A DNA stretch of 64,000 nt from Octopus sinensis (Eukaryota), in the NCBI RefSeq assembly GCF_006345805.1, contig NC_042998.1, positions 79,050,001 to 79,114,000 on the forward strand, written 5' to 3'. Shown here piece by piece: positions 40,060 through 54,393 of the stretch. Under the pieces are notes generated by a model that saw only the letters and a program-made list of their open reading frames with translations, did no database searches and was not told the origin of the DNA. The translations under genes were made by a program, and so were the position numbers. Every line of letters begins with the position of its first letter. The first letter of the stretch is position 1.

Positions 40060-40375
40060 GAAGGCAAATACCTTAATGGTTAGGGTATTTGGCTTGCAAT
40101 CATAAGGTTGTGAGTGCAATTCCCAGCAATGTCTTGTGTCCTTGAGCAAGACACTTTATTTCACATTGCTTTAGTCCACTCAGCTGGCAAAAGTAAGTTA
40201 TACATACATTTCAAAGAGCCAACCTTGTCACATCTTGTGTCACACTGAATCTCCCTGAAAACTATGTTAAGGTACATGTATCTGTGGAGTGCTCAGCCAC
40301 TTGCACATCAATTCCAGGAGCAGGCTGGATTGATTGAATTAACTGTAACATTTATTGTCGTAACTACCAGAAAGC
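40060..40375 (+). mobile_element. tRNA-derived SINE family D
   Basis: aatggttagggtatttggcttgcaatcataaggttgtgagtgcaattccc head; gtgtccttgagcaagacactttatttcacattgct..gtccactcagctgg core reminiscent of conserved animal SINE central domains. Confidence 0.7.
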
Positions 40376-41622
40376 CAAACCAAGGCCATCTGCAGTATTA
40401 AAAAATTGAGGGGTGATATTTTACCACAAAACTGTTTGTGTAATCTGCCCCCCTAACAAGGTATGCTGCATAGCAGGTAAAGTAGGTTGCAGTTTTTTCC
40501 CCAGCATACACAGTGTAATGCTTTGGGGAAACATGTCCTTATCGCAATGGAGTATTTACCAGTTGTTCTCATGAGTGGATTTGAGTCCAACACTCCAAGC
40601 TAACAGAACTTACACTTATTATTGATTGATTATTACCTTACTCTCCTAATTTACGGCATAAAGCATTTACTTCCACAAAATATTTGTCCTTTTCCATAAA
40701 TATAGCACCACACAATCATTCTCTATACATCAAAAATTGTGTGAGTTAGATCAACTTTTTAACAACTAATTGCATCTCTCTCTCTTTCTCTCTCTCTCTA
40801 CTCTCACCGACGATTATCATTTCAAATTTAGATTGTTTTCATAGCCAAAATAGCAAAAACAAATTTTTTAATCATATAAATAAAAATTTACATTAACAAT
40901 ATTTGAAGAACCATTCCAGTTCTATTTAAGAAACAAAAATAAACCAAATTTGAATTATGAAAGAACACAATGTGGATTCAGATTTTCTTTTCTTTACACA
41001 AAACAGCAAAAAAAAAAAAATAATAATAGAAAATGATTAACTGTGACTTTACAGATCCTTCTATAAATATACACCATGTTATATCTTTATAACTAATTGT
41101 CTCAGTGAGCAGACTGAGATTTAAATCTAACACAAATTTTAAAAAATAGGATATCTAGGCAATAATAAGTACAGTTTATAACAATGAAACCTCCCTTACC
41201 ACTTAAAATATAAGTAAAAAAGAATTAAATTTACTTTATTGAATATACATCGAAATATTGTGTAAGACATCATGATACAGACAAAGAACAAATCAACTGT
41301 CATGTTAAATACGCTGAAGGATAGTTTTGTTTGTTTTATTTTATCAATTTAATATCTTTCATTGTTATTGTATGTTCATTGTTTACAATCTTAAGTGGAT
41401 ATCTTGTGACTGGGTTATCTTCAAGTGAAGATAACCCAGCCTAAGATGTCATTGGGTCATCTTTAAGCTGCCAGATACATCATCATTTTTAGTTCTCTGT
41501 AACATCCAAAGAACATATTTATACTTTATGTATTATATATTTACATATATTTACACTTCATGCTAATGAGGGAATCTCTACACAGTTGCTTGATCTGTTT
41601 GAAAGAGCAACTAAAAATATAC

Positions 41623-41660
<38 letters not shown>

Positions 41661-42107
41661 ACATATGTATATGGTCTTTCATTTTCATTCTAGAAATTTC
41701 TCCAAGTCAGGAGTTACCATTATATAACAAAAACAAAATTTTCCTTTCTGAATATATTTAGACACAATAATATTTCCAAGTCACATGTTGAACTTAAAAC
41801 TATACATTCTTGTTTTTACTACATGCTTACTAATTAATATTTACAGTAAATGAGTTATATGTCTTTTGCTCAGTGTTTCGCTGTTCTCCAAGTACATGGA
41901 AACTGATGAATGACACCAAAAAATTAGCAAAACTAATGTAAATCTATAATCAATAGTAGACTTAGATTCTGTAGTAACTGTCCTTGTGTTTTTTTTCCAT
42001 TGACTTTCAGTGAGATGTTAACATGTGCTATCCATGTATATTTTTGTAATTATACATAAATGTGTGTATGTATAAGGGAATTTATGTATTCATATGATAC
42101 TATATGA

Positions 42108-42140
<33 letters not shown>

Positions 42141-42155
42141 TATATATATAATATG

Positions 42156-42219
<64 letters not shown>

Positions 42220-42224
42220 TATAG

Positions 42225-42262
<38 letters not shown>

Positions 42263-42269
42263 GTATAAA

Positions 42270-42670
42270 ATCATCATTCTAATTTAACATCCACTTTTCC
42301 ATGCTTGCACAGGACTGATGGAACTCATGAGGCAGATTTTCTAGGGCTGAATACCTTATCTTGTTGCCAGCCTTCACCTGTTTCCAAGCAAGATAATATT
42401 TTTCCATAGCTAGACTTCTTTTACATGGAAGACTGGAAATTGACAACCTAAAATGTATGATGACAATGCTCATCACAAATTCATACACACACAAACACAC
42501 AGATATGGTGGGCTTTTTGCTCAGTATCCACCAGCCAAATTCACTCACAAGGCTTTTGTTGGCCTGGGGCTATAGTAGAAAACACTTTCCCAAGGTACCA
42601 GTTATTAAAACTGAGCCCAAAATCACATGCTTGGAAAGCAAGCTTCTCAACCACTATATATCCTGCTTCC
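42270..42670 (-). mobile_element. SINE with family B head/core and RTE-type tail
   Basis: 42520-42665 matches family B (aaattcactcacaaggc...ggctatagtagaaaacactttcccaaggt); 42270-42400 matches RTE tail (gcaagcatggaaaagtggatgttaaa..gaatgatga). Confidence 0.75.
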
Positions 42671-43719
42671 ATTCAGAACTATCTGTTGCTTGAAACTACA
42701 AGGCAGTCTTTATATGTTTGCTTGCCTGCTTATAACAACAGCCACATCTCCCTCTTACTAATATTACACTGACTAATATAATTCCACATAACCATATCTG
42801 AAATATAAAGATAAGATGGTTATGACTGGGAGCATAGGTCTGTTCAATTATAGCTGACTTGGAAACAAACAACTTTCTGCTGCTGCAAATGTTGCCTTTC
42901 TGTCCTGGCCATTTGCTTTCTGCAACAACACTTTGCCAGTCAAATGTTTCTTGAGGGCCTTCATTCTCAATTTTGTGATGGAAATCTTTTGCCTTTGCTG
43001 TGTATCGCCACATTATACAAACTGTCAATTCTTTAAAAAGGATTGTAATTGTACAGATCCTCTTCCTTTATATACATATTTACATATATGTATACAAATA
43101 TGTGTGTGCACGTGCATGCGCATGTGTGTATTTCATTTATTTCCTGAGAGAAAAAGGGCATACAAATGGCTAAATCTGTGGTGTACCAAATAGCCAACAA
43201 AAAATGGCAGCAGCTTACTACATATTATCCTCAATGCTGTCTTATGTTTAAATGGTTTAATTCACCAATTTTAATTAGGAACCATGAGAATGGAGCCAAT
43301 TGCTGATACAGACTGTAGTAGCAGAAGAAGAATGTAACTAATAGATTTTCTTTTTAACTGGCTGTGTTGCAATTCAACCATTCATATGGGTGCAGCCTGA
43401 TGTAAAGTTTAATCTCATTAGTTTCATCTCAAAGTTTGATAACCATTTGATAGGCATCATCTCTGTTTGTGAGAAGTCGGGTGATCGACACAACTGTCTA
43501 ATAATGGATTGATAGATCACATTGAGTATAAGATATGCTCCAAACATACACCATTCTTTCTATATATATTTCCCTTGTGTTTGGCAGGCTTATAGTATAG
43601 CATTTTTCTATATATCTTGATCATATTATAGTATATATCGAACCCAATATATCTATTATATCCAGTATAACCAATTCTGTCTACCTCTATTCTAAATAAC
43701 ATTCTATAGCTGTCTCATG

Positions 43720-45660
43720 GACACTTTTTCTTTTTCCTCTTGCATACATAGGTAATATGCCTTTGATGCTCTGTTGCTTTCTCAACTTCTTTGTACTGAG
43801 CCTTTCTTGTAATTTATCACTGTCCATCCAATGAATCAAACTTAACTATTTCCAGTTCAAATGCCATATATTTCTCAGCATTCACTGCCATATTTCATTA
43901 TATATCTTTCTCATGTGTCGTATAGTTCATCTTTCATGTGGAAGAACTTCTTTTCGTCAACAGAAGTAGCAAATGCCCAGATTCTCTTTTTATACTCTTT
44001 GAATTCTAGTGACTATCCTACCACTAACCTTACCTCTAGCAATAACTATATTGCTTTGATAACAGAAATGAAGCCATCCAAACAGTCCATAATATTCAGT
44101 TTATGGCTGTATTTGCTGTTTTTATTCAAGTGAATTTTATGCCCCCTTTGTTTGTTGTCCCTCTTCCACCACGTCTATCAGACATTCAATGATGCAGTTT
44201 GTATATTTATTGATTGCATAGATCATTCAGTATATATAGTGTCAAGTTTACTCTTCTGCATAGCCAGTGCATAGATATTCTTAGGCTTTCTTGGCTGATA
44301 TAAACTGAATATTACATTAGTTGTTCCACTGTTATTATTCAAGCCTTTTGACTTTAGATATTTACTCGGTTCTTCAACAAAAGCAAGTTATCAGTATGCA
44401 ATAGTTACTGTCTCAAACTCTTTGCAATGACCTCAAAAACTCGAATGAAAAGAAAGTGGTTGATAAGGCACTTGTAGAAATCCAAATATTATAATCCTTG
44501 CCGAGCTCACTGCCAATCCTTCTATTTTTAACTTATTCATACATTATCTTAACAGTAATTTCAATAAATGCCTGATAAAGTTATTTATTCTTTACTGCTG
44601 TCTTGCCAGAAGTATTTATGATTCTATGACCTACAACAAAACCAGACTACATCAAGCTTTTATGCAATTCATTCCATTGCATAACCTATGACTATCATCT
44701 TAATACCTAATCACACATACTTGACCCAATGAGGATACCTCTATGTAGCTGCTTGACTTAAAAGGAAATAACAGTTAAATTTCCTTCAAATCACATTCCA
44801 CTTTCTTTAAAATGGGAAGGTGACATAATGTAGTTTTATATAGCCAAAACAACAGATGGGATGGTCATGGCTGAAATGCCTTTCCTCATAAGTCTGCTTA
44901 GTCAGGATTGACCTAGAGCTAAACATTAACAATTATGTATATACAAACTTGAAATTCCTGTAATTTTCTGTAAGTACATCCCCTGTTACCCTTTTAACAG
45001 TGGATAATGATGCTGTTATACCAGTAACCAACAATCTGCACTTTCTCACATTTAATTTGATTATCAAAGTGAATGACTTTCAGTAATTCCAAATAAACCA
45101 ATTCTGATTATTTCACTCAACAACAGTCTCTGAAGAGGATATTTCTCAATCACTACTGCTGGCATTTTCACCTAATCTGTATTGGTGGCTTTCTCACCTG
45201 ATCTCTATTGATGGATCAACTGTTTGACTCATTTATACAATTTTTAAACGGTTTGATCAAGTTTTTGATCCCTTTGTACTCCTCATTTAGTAACCTTCTA
45301 CATCCCTTTCTCTCCATTATTACTGATTGATAGAGCAGCCAATATATTGTTTCATTTCAGATGATTTTGTTAACAAGATTCTGATATTTTTACTGACACT
45401 TTGTCTCATAATACAATCTGAAATTCTTCTCTTCTTTCATCTAACTGGAGAGCATTAGAATGAAAACTTTGTACAACTGCTAACATCCTACTCTCTGCTT
45501 CTCTCCTAGCTTGGTAAATCTGACATATCACTTTCCAGAGAGCCTCGAGGTATTATATTTCCTTATTATATATCTTCCACTCTCTCTCTGCTTCTTTATC
45601 ACATAATATATAACAGCATTTCACCACCACATTTCAACACTTTCTGCTTTGGCCTAGACA
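43720..45660 (-). mobile_element. Old, fragmented RTE LINE (linker at 45040-45660, C-terminus at 43720-44300), interrupted by family F repeat
   Basis: Minus-strand remnants WWxNAV..VIKK..., ERDVEGY/RLLNEE, IVIARGKVSGR..EFKE, LYDT...MKYGSEC, RLSTKKLR resemble RTE ORF blocks in colinear order. Confidence 0.5.
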
Positions 45661-45737
45661 TCAGGCATATGTAACTAATTTGCAATAGATTTATGTAGAG
45701 ACATACTCATACACACAAATATATACACAAGCACTTC

Positions 45738-45833
<96 letters not shown>

Positions 45834-46981
45834 CATACACACATGCATATATACATATATTCACACACATATATATATGCACATATTAATATACATTTTT
45901 TTATATATGCATGCATACAAATTGTATACATACACACACAATATAACATATTCTTTGTAGTTATAACAAAAGTATGTATAAAACCATAAGAACATTTCTA
46001 AAGGATGGTTCCTTAATCCTCGAATCATTTGCAGTGTCATTCACTGAAAATTTGCCATGTATCTGGATTTTTCCGTTTCCACATCTTTCAATATTCTCAG
46101 GTAACCCTTTTTGTATTTTTCTGTTTTCTTTTACTTCTATTACCTTGTTTTTATTGTTGATGCAGTTTTATCTCATAAACACCACGATGCATCATGTTAC
46201 AGCAGCCTAATACATCTTGGTACCGCATATCAAACTTCACAAGTGAACCAATATTATAAACCTTGAGGTCTTTATTTATATGCAATAGCATTATTATACA
46301 TTATGGTCAAGTTCTTTTTCTCCAATGCAGGGAAGGCAACAATGCTTCAGTAACTACACGTATATATGTATGTATGTATTTATGTATGTATGTATGTACG
46401 TACGTGTGTATGTACATATTTGCATGTGTGTGTTTGTGTATGTATATGTATATGTGTGCAAGTATGCAATGGTAGTATGCATGTATACCTACATGGATAG
46501 AGTTAATTCTCACTCAACAACTATCCAAACATGTATCAGCCCAAATACACTGAAGAATAATCCTTGCCCAAGAAAATGAGAAAAATATAATGCATAAACT
46601 TAAATATCAAGATCTGGGACCTTGATGGAGCAAAACATCAGGCAACATACATCCTGTTTCAGCATCAGTGAGTTTGAGAGATATAATGTATTAATGGCAT
46701 TATAATGCAACTGATCATTTATGAAAAGGAGAGGCACTTCATCATTGAAGAATGTACCTCAAATATGTGCCATAAGTGACATTTATAGTTTAACATTTAT
46801 GTTGGTGACTCAGTATGCACTGACATTGTAGGAAATGCAGTGGCTAAATATTACAGTTGCTTCCTAGAAACAAAATAAAAGAAATCAAATTTATACTAAA
46901 GACATGTGTATTTATATATGCATAGTTTATGAATATACATGTGTATAGATTGTGTATATATAATTGTATCTATGTGTATAT

Positions 46982-47032
<51 letters not shown>

Positions 47033-47155
47033 ATCATATATGCATATACACACGCATATATATACATACATACATACATACATATATATACATACATACA
47101 TACATATACATATACATACATATACATACATACATATACATATACATACATATAC

Positions 47156-47204
<49 letters not shown>

Positions 47205-47227
47205 GGATTGTGTGTGTATGTATATAC

Positions 47228-47400
47228 ATATCATCATCATCATTGTTTAAAATCTGCCTTCCATGCTGGTATGGGTTGGGCAGTTTGACAGGAGCTGACC
47301 AGGCAGAAGACTGCACCAGACTTCTGTGTCTGCTTTGGCAAGGGGTTTTACGGCTGGAAGTTCTTCTTGACACCAACCACCCATCCAGCAGAGTGAACTA
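47228..47400 (-). mobile_element. RTE-type 3' tail fragment
   Basis: catcatcatcattgtttaaaatctgccttccatgctggtatgggttgg...ttttacggctggaagttcttcttgacaccaaccac. Confidence 0.75.
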
Positions 47401-48164
47401 TATATATATATATATGTGTGTGTATGCATGTATGTGCATATATGATTGTGTGTATGTATGTATGTGTGTGTGTGCACATGCATGTGTGTATACACACACA
47501 TACATGTGAGTGTATAGAGTTTAATATATATCTGGCAGGGAAATATGATGATTTTTAAATTTATACAATTGTAGCAAAAATAGTATGGTAGAAGTCTTTA
47601 CTGTTGATATGTAGAGAACACAAGTCTTGAGAATAATATCCTGCAAATCTTTTCAATTGTTCCATATGCATACACATATCTTTGTCTGGAAAATATGCAT
47701 AGCATATGTCTTGAGATATTGCCATAATTTCCTCAAGAATAGCAGCTTTCAGTTCATATTCAATGTGTGTGTGTGTGTGGTTTATTGATGAACACGTTCT
47801 CGAGGAGAAAGTTTAAAAGGAAATAATCACAAACCAAAAGGTCATTATGTCAAGCGGGCTACGGCAGGTCACAGTGTTAGGAAATGATATGCCCAGTAAA
47901 CATTTCTTTTATATCATTCAAGGAAGCTATTACTGTACAGGTGGCCACTCTGTCTTGCTGAAACCATATGTGTTAATGGAATGTTTGTTTACTTCAGGGA
48001 AAAGCAAGTTGCACTACAACATGAATTCTAAGTAACCAGAATTCAGTAATACTGTGTTCATTGGATTTTTTTTTTTTTTCTTTTAGAAACTTTGGCCTCA
48101 GAATCTCATTAGACTATTGCCTGAAAGTATCATATACACGAATATATATTATACACACACTTGC

Positions 48165-48260
48165 TTTTTCTTACTTGTTTCAGTTCATTGGACTGCAACT
48201 ATGCTGGTGCACTACCATAAAGAAGTTTTAGTCAAAGAAATTTACCCCAGTACTGGATAT
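48165..48260 (-). mobile_element. SINE family B tail fragment
   Basis: ttacttgtttcagttcattggactgcaactatgctggtgcactacc. Confidence 0.55.
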
Positions 48261-48299
48261 AAAAGAAAGGCATAAAATGTCCTGTTTTTAAATGTTGAA

Positions 48300-48690
48300 T
48301 CAGAGCAGACATAAAAATTACTTGTCTATCTCTCTGACTTGCAAATCAGCAAAATCTTGCAACATATTGTCAGACAAATACTGATTACATTCTTTGAAGA
48401 AAATTACTTGCTGACCAATGATCTGCCTGGCTTTTCCTTGAGAAGACGCTACCTTACACAGCTCTTGCAGCATTATGACAGGTACTGAAACAGCTGTTCA
48501 ATCATTGGACTATGGGGCATTATACATCTCAACTTTGCAAAGGCCTTCAGTAAAGTTTGACCACAGAAGGATTGTGTGTTACAAATTATATGATCTTGAG
48601 AAATTAGGTGCATGGGGGCATGACTTTTGAAGAGGCAAAGGAGCCATACAAATCATCTTTAGGCCATCACTGTTTGTGATGGCTCTATCA
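48300..48690 (+). mobile_element. Decayed CR1-clade LINE reverse transcriptase fragment
   Basis: NYLSISLT..SKILQHIVRQILITFFEENYLLTND..GF..RRRYLTQLLQHYD...LNFAKAF.K.DH; CR1/L2 RT N-terminal motifs with frameshifts. Confidence 0.7.
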
Positions 48691-49269
48691 AGCATGACCT
48701 TGGTTATACAATCAGCCACTCTCATCAGCTACAATGATGATAAGTGCAAAACCTTAAGACACACAGACACAGACACATTCCCTCCCTTTTACATACACAC
48801 ACACACACATATTCACATAACCCCCTTTTACATACACTCACATATATTCACACAGAGTTGAAATGCTGTTTGATTTATTTTTTCAGCATACAATTTTCAT
48901 CATCCCACTACTAGGTATGACATCACCCCTTCCTTCCTTATTCATGTATCACCCCTTCCTTTCTAATTCATAAACACAAGAGTATTATTATAGTAGATTA
49001 TTTCAGTAACCTAGGTAACTATGAAAAAAATATGACATCAACCCTTCTTTTTTATTCATCTAACACACCTTCATTTCCCTTTCATAAACACAAAAGTATT
49101 ATTGTATTAGATTATCTCGGTAACCATGGGAGGGATGAAAAAATACAAAGCACTTCAACACCACCAGATCATTCTATACAACTGTGAAATTTTTCACACA
49201 ATTCCACCCAGCTGTTTGACAGTGAATCCTAAGACAGAAAGAATCACCCATGTCAAATTTACATGTAGA

Positions 49270-49716
49270 GATATATATTATATATATACATATATCAAAT
49301 ATATATATCATTTATATTATATGTATATATATTATATGTATATATATTATATATATATATATTATATATATATATTATATATATTATATATTATAATATA
49401 TATATTATATATATTATTTATATTATATATATATATATATATATATATTATTATATTATATATATATATATATATATATATTATTGATATTATATTATAT
49501 ATTATATATATTATATATATTATATTATATATTATATATAATTATATATATATATATATATTATTTATATATATATTATATATGTGTTATTTATAGTATA
49601 TATATATTATATATATTATATATATATATAAATATTGTATTATTTATATTATACATATATATATATACATATATTATTTATATTATATATATACTATTTA
49701 TATCTTTTATATATAT
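49270..49716. repeat. Degenerate (TA)n / (TATTA)n tract
   Basis: Almost pure A/T. Confidence 0.95.
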
Positions 49717-50836
49717 GGTTGGCATCCTTTTTGTCTCGGGAGACAATGGAGTTGCGCATAAAGTAGTCTAGTCCGGCTTTTACATTTCATGTCCTGATAC
49801 ATTTCCTGCTGTGGCTGTGTAGTCCTATCCTGGACAAACACTCCCTCTGACAGGTACCACAAATGTAGCGAAGACTGTTCCTGGCTGGCTGTAATGCCAT
49901 AGTTTCTTGTTGATGTCTTTTCTTGTCTTTCCATTTCTCCTCTCTCTCTCTGTGTCACTCCTTTGTATTCCCTCTCTTACGGTACGTCGCCAGTCTCCAC
50001 GGTTGCTGGCAACTGCCTCCCAGTCACTAATATTGATGTTGCAGGCCTTCATGTCCCTTTTGCAAACATCCTTGTAATGTAAGAGCGGTCTACCCCTAGC
50101 AAGCTCTCCGTAGAGTATGTTCTTGGGGATTCTGCCATCTTTCATAGGGCTAACATGCCCAAGCCATCTCATACGTCTTTGTGTGAGGAGTGCAAACATG
50201 TTTGGTATTCCTGCTTGCCCGAGGACATCTTTGTTGGGGATATGGTTCTGCCATTTAATGCGGAGGATTTTCCGGAGGCAGCGCAGGTGAAAGATATTTA
50301 GGCGACGCTCTTGGCGTGTGTATAGCATCCAAGTCTCACTTCCATACAGTACAGTGGTAAGTACACATGCCTGGTAGATCTTCATTATCGTGGTCTTGGT
50401 CAGCTTATTGTTGTCCCAAGCCCATTTGGTGAGTTGGGCAATCGCAGCAGCTGCCTTGCCAATGCATATATTGAGCTCAGCATCAAGGGATAGGTTGTAG
50501 GTGACGGTAGAGCCCAGATAGGTAAACTTCTCCACCTCTTGTAATCTGTGGTCTCCAATATGTATGTTTGGGATATCCGATGTAGCCTGACCCAAAGTCG
50601 TTATATGCTTGCTCAAAACAGTTAATGAGCCTTTGGAGGGCTTCTTCTGTGTGTGATACCAGAGCGGCATCATCAGCAAATAGCATCTCCTTGATCAGGA
50701 CGTTTCTGATTTTGGTCTTGGCACGCAGGCGCAAGAGATTGAACAGTTTCCCATCACTACTGCTGTGCAGAAACACTCCATCATCTGATGTCTGAAAGGC
50801 ATGTGAGAGTAAGAGCGAGAAGAAGATGCCAAACAA
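49717..50836 (-). mobile_element. RTE/BovB-like LINE, 5'-truncated, RT C-half to 3' end, with internal deletions and frameshifts
   Basis: SDGKLFNLLRLRAKTK...EMLFADDAAL; FTYLGSTV...LYGSETW...RWLGHV..M.DGRIPK.ILYGEL; terminal YICGTCQRECLSRIGLHSHSRKC* zinc-finger-like motif; tail ccattgtctcccgagacaaaaaggatgccaac. Confidence 0.93.
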
Positions 50837-52126
50837 TATATTATATATATATTATTTATATCCTTTATATATATAATATTTATTTATATATATATATATC
50901 TATATATTATATATATATATATATATTATTTTATTACATATATAAATATATATATGTATATTATTTATATAATATATGTATTATTTATATCATATATATA
51001 TATTATTTATATTACATATATAAATATATATGGTATATTATATATAATATATGTATGATTTATATCATATAGATATATGTATTATTTATATCATATATAT
51101 ATAGGTATTATTTATATCATATATATACGTATTATTTATATCATATATATACATATTATTTTATATATATATATAATTATTTATATCATATATATATATT
51201 ATTTATATCATATATATATATATTATTTAATCATATATATATATTATTTATATCATATATAATATATATATTATTTATATCATATATTATATATTATATT
51301 TATATCATATATATATATATATTTATATCATATATATATATATTATTTATATCATATATATAATATTTATACATATAATATATATATTATTTATATCATA
51401 TATATATATATTATATTTATATCATATATATATATATATATTTATATTATCATATATATATATTTTAATCATATATATATATATATATATATATTTATAT
51501 CATATATATATATATATTATTTATTCATATATATATATATATATTATTTATTTATCTAATATATATATATATTTATATCATATATATATATTTATATCAT
51601 ATATATATATTTATATCATATATATATATATTTATATCATATATATATATATTTATTCATATATATATATATTTTATTCATTATATATATATATATTTAT
51701 ATCATATATATTATAGATTATATCATATATATATATATATTATTATATCATATTATATATATATATTTATATCATATATATATATATATTTATATCATAT
51801 ATATATATATATTATTTATATCATATATATATATATATATTTTTATATCATATAATATATATAATATTATTTATATCATATAATATATATATATTTATAT
51901 CATATATATTTATTATTTATCATATAATATATTTATATCATATATATATATATTTATATCATATATATATATTTATCATATATATATATATTTATATCAT
52001 ATATATATATATTTATATCATATATATATATATATATGTCTATCATATATATATATATATTTATCATATATATATATAATAATATTTATCTCATATTATA
52101 TATATATTTATATCATATATATATTT

Positions 52127-52198
<72 letters not shown>

Positions 52199-52240
52199 TA
52201 TATATATATATTTATATTATATATATATAATATATATATT

Positions 52241-52291
<51 letters not shown>

Positions 52292-53128
52292 ATATATTTA
52301 GATCATATATATATATTATATCATATATATATATAATATTATATCATATTATAGTATAATATTTATATCATATATATATATATCATATAATTATATATAT
52401 ATATATTTATATCATATAATATATATATATATGTTTATATCATATATAATATTTATATATATATATATATATTTATTTTATATCATAGTATATATATATT
52501 CTAAGTTATATATATATAATATATATCACATATATATATATGTATATATTATTATATTTATATCATATATATATATATTCTAAGTTATATATATATAATA
52601 TATATCCACATATATATATATGTATATATCTATATTATTTATATCATATATATATATATATGTATTATTTATATTATATATATGTATTATTTATATTATA
52701 TATATGTTATTATTTATATTATATATATTATTATATCATTATATATATATATTATTTATATCATATATATATATATATTTATATCATATATATATATATA
52801 TTATGTATATATATATATATATTATTTATATCATATATATATATATTATTTATATCATATATTATATATATTATATATCATATATATAATAATATATATT
52901 ATTTATATCATATATATATATATATCATTTTATCAATATATAATATATATTATTCATATATATATATCATTTATATCATATATATATATATTTATATCAT
53001 ATATATATAATATATATATAATATATATGGCCACAGCTCATAAGCTGAAACTAGAATCAATCAATCAATCAATCATCTAATATATATATATATATATAAT
53101 ATATATATATATAATATATATATATATA
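50837..53128. repeat. ~2.3-kb AT minisatellite, unit ~TTATTTATATCATATATATA
   Basis: Dozens of tttatatcatatata units with variable TA length. Confidence 0.95.
53027..53075 (+). mobile_element. Isolated CR1-type 3' tail with (ATCA)n end
   Basis: atggccacagctcataagctgaaactagaatcaatcaatcaatc. Confidence 0.6.
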
Positions 53129-53388
53129 GGCGCAGGAATGGCTGTTTGGTAAGTAGCTTGCTTACCAACCACATGGTCGAGGTTCATTCCTACTGTATGG
53201 CACCTTGGGCAAGTGTCTTCTACTATAGCCACAGGCCGACCAAAACCTTGTGAGTGCATTTGGTAGATGGGAACTGAAAGAAGCCCGTTATATATGTGTG
53301 TGTGTTTGTGTGTTTATGTTTGTTTGTGTGTCTGTGTTTGTCCCCCCAACATCACTTGACAACCGATGCTGGTGTGTTTATGTCCCTC
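53129..53388 (+). mobile_element. SINE family B, 3'-truncated
   Basis: ggcgcaggaatggctgtttggtaagtagcttgc (A box)...aggttcattcc (B box)...caccttgggcaagtgtcttctactatagcc. Confidence 0.88.
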
Positions 53389-53650
53389 ACTGATTTAAGC
53401 TCTGGTATTGTAATTCCCTGTGGACTAGTGTACCCTGTAAGTTTCATATTCAGTTCTGGACGCTGGTAATGGAGTTTTGAGTATTAAACTCCATTCTATT
53501 ATCTGCAGCCCATCTGAAAATTGAGTCCAACTCCTGCTGCAGAAGTGCAACATCGCTGGGATTCAGTATTTTCTGTGAGACTTCCATATCACCTGCGTAG
53601 CTAGCAAGGGTGACTATCCAGGCAGTTGAGGGCATATCTGAGAGGGCCAC
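53389..53650 (-). mobile_element. CR1-clade RT internal fragment (YADD decayed to YAGD)
   Basis: ALSDMPS...TLASYAGDMEVSQKILNPSDVALLQQELDSIFRWAADNRMEFN. Confidence 0.8.
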
Positions 53651-53661
53651 TATATATATAT

Positions 53662-54070
53662 AGCGTAGGAGTGGGTGTGTGGTAAGTAGCTTGCATACCA
53701 ACCACATAGTTCTGGGTTCAGTCCCACTGCGTGGCCAATTGAGCAAGTGTCTTGTACTCTAGCCTCGGGCTGTCCAAAGCCTTGTGAGTGGATTTGGTAG
53801 ACGGAAACTGAAACAAGCCCGTCGTATATATGTAAATATGTGTGTGTGTATATGTGTATGCTTTTATGTCTGTGTTTGTCCCCCCAACAACGCTTGACAA
53901 CCGATGCTGGTGTGTTTACGTCAAACGTAACTTAGCGGTTCAGCAAAAGAGTCTGATAGGATAAGTACTAAGCTTACAAAGAATAAATCCTGAGGTCGAT
54001 TTGCTCGATTAAAGGCGGTGCTTCAGCATAGCCACAGTCAAATAAATGAAAAAAGTTAAAGAGTAAAAAG
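53662..54070 (+). mobile_element. SINE family B, full length, CR1-type tail
   Basis: tRNA-like head, core, ...taaaggcggtgcttcagcatagccacagtcaa tail. Confidence 0.9.
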
Positions 54071-54350
54071 TATATGGTAAAAAACTCAAGATAGAAAATG
54101 CTAAAATAATTTAATAAAAACATTTCAGAACCGGTTTTAGTCATTGAGACTTTTTCAACTGAAAACAATTACATTTTGGAAAAATTACATGAAAAATTAC
54201 ATGAAAAGCTTTTTTAAAGGATATTTGCATAGTATTCAAATACAATAGGCATTTTCCTTGTTTCTTCCTGTCTCTGTCTTTCTTGTCTACTCTTGTGGGT
54301 TCAAGGTCGTTGTGAATTATTGGCAGAGAAGAATAGGAAGAAGTAGAAAG

Positions 54351-54393
54351 AGAAGAAGAAGAAGAAGAAGAAGAAGAAGAAGAAGAAGAAGAA
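54351..54393. repeat. (GAA)n microsatellite
   Basis: Pure GAA run. Confidence 0.95.

Noticed and set aside
42696-42800. Minus-strand acceptor followed by a TM-like peptide (IWLCGIILVSVILVRGRCGCC)
   Set aside because: No upstream exons or homology; hydrophobic codons are common in T-rich DNA
47839-47871. Two AGGTCA nuclear-receptor half-sites
   Set aside because: 21-nt spacing fits no standard DR/IR element; hexamers are expected by chance
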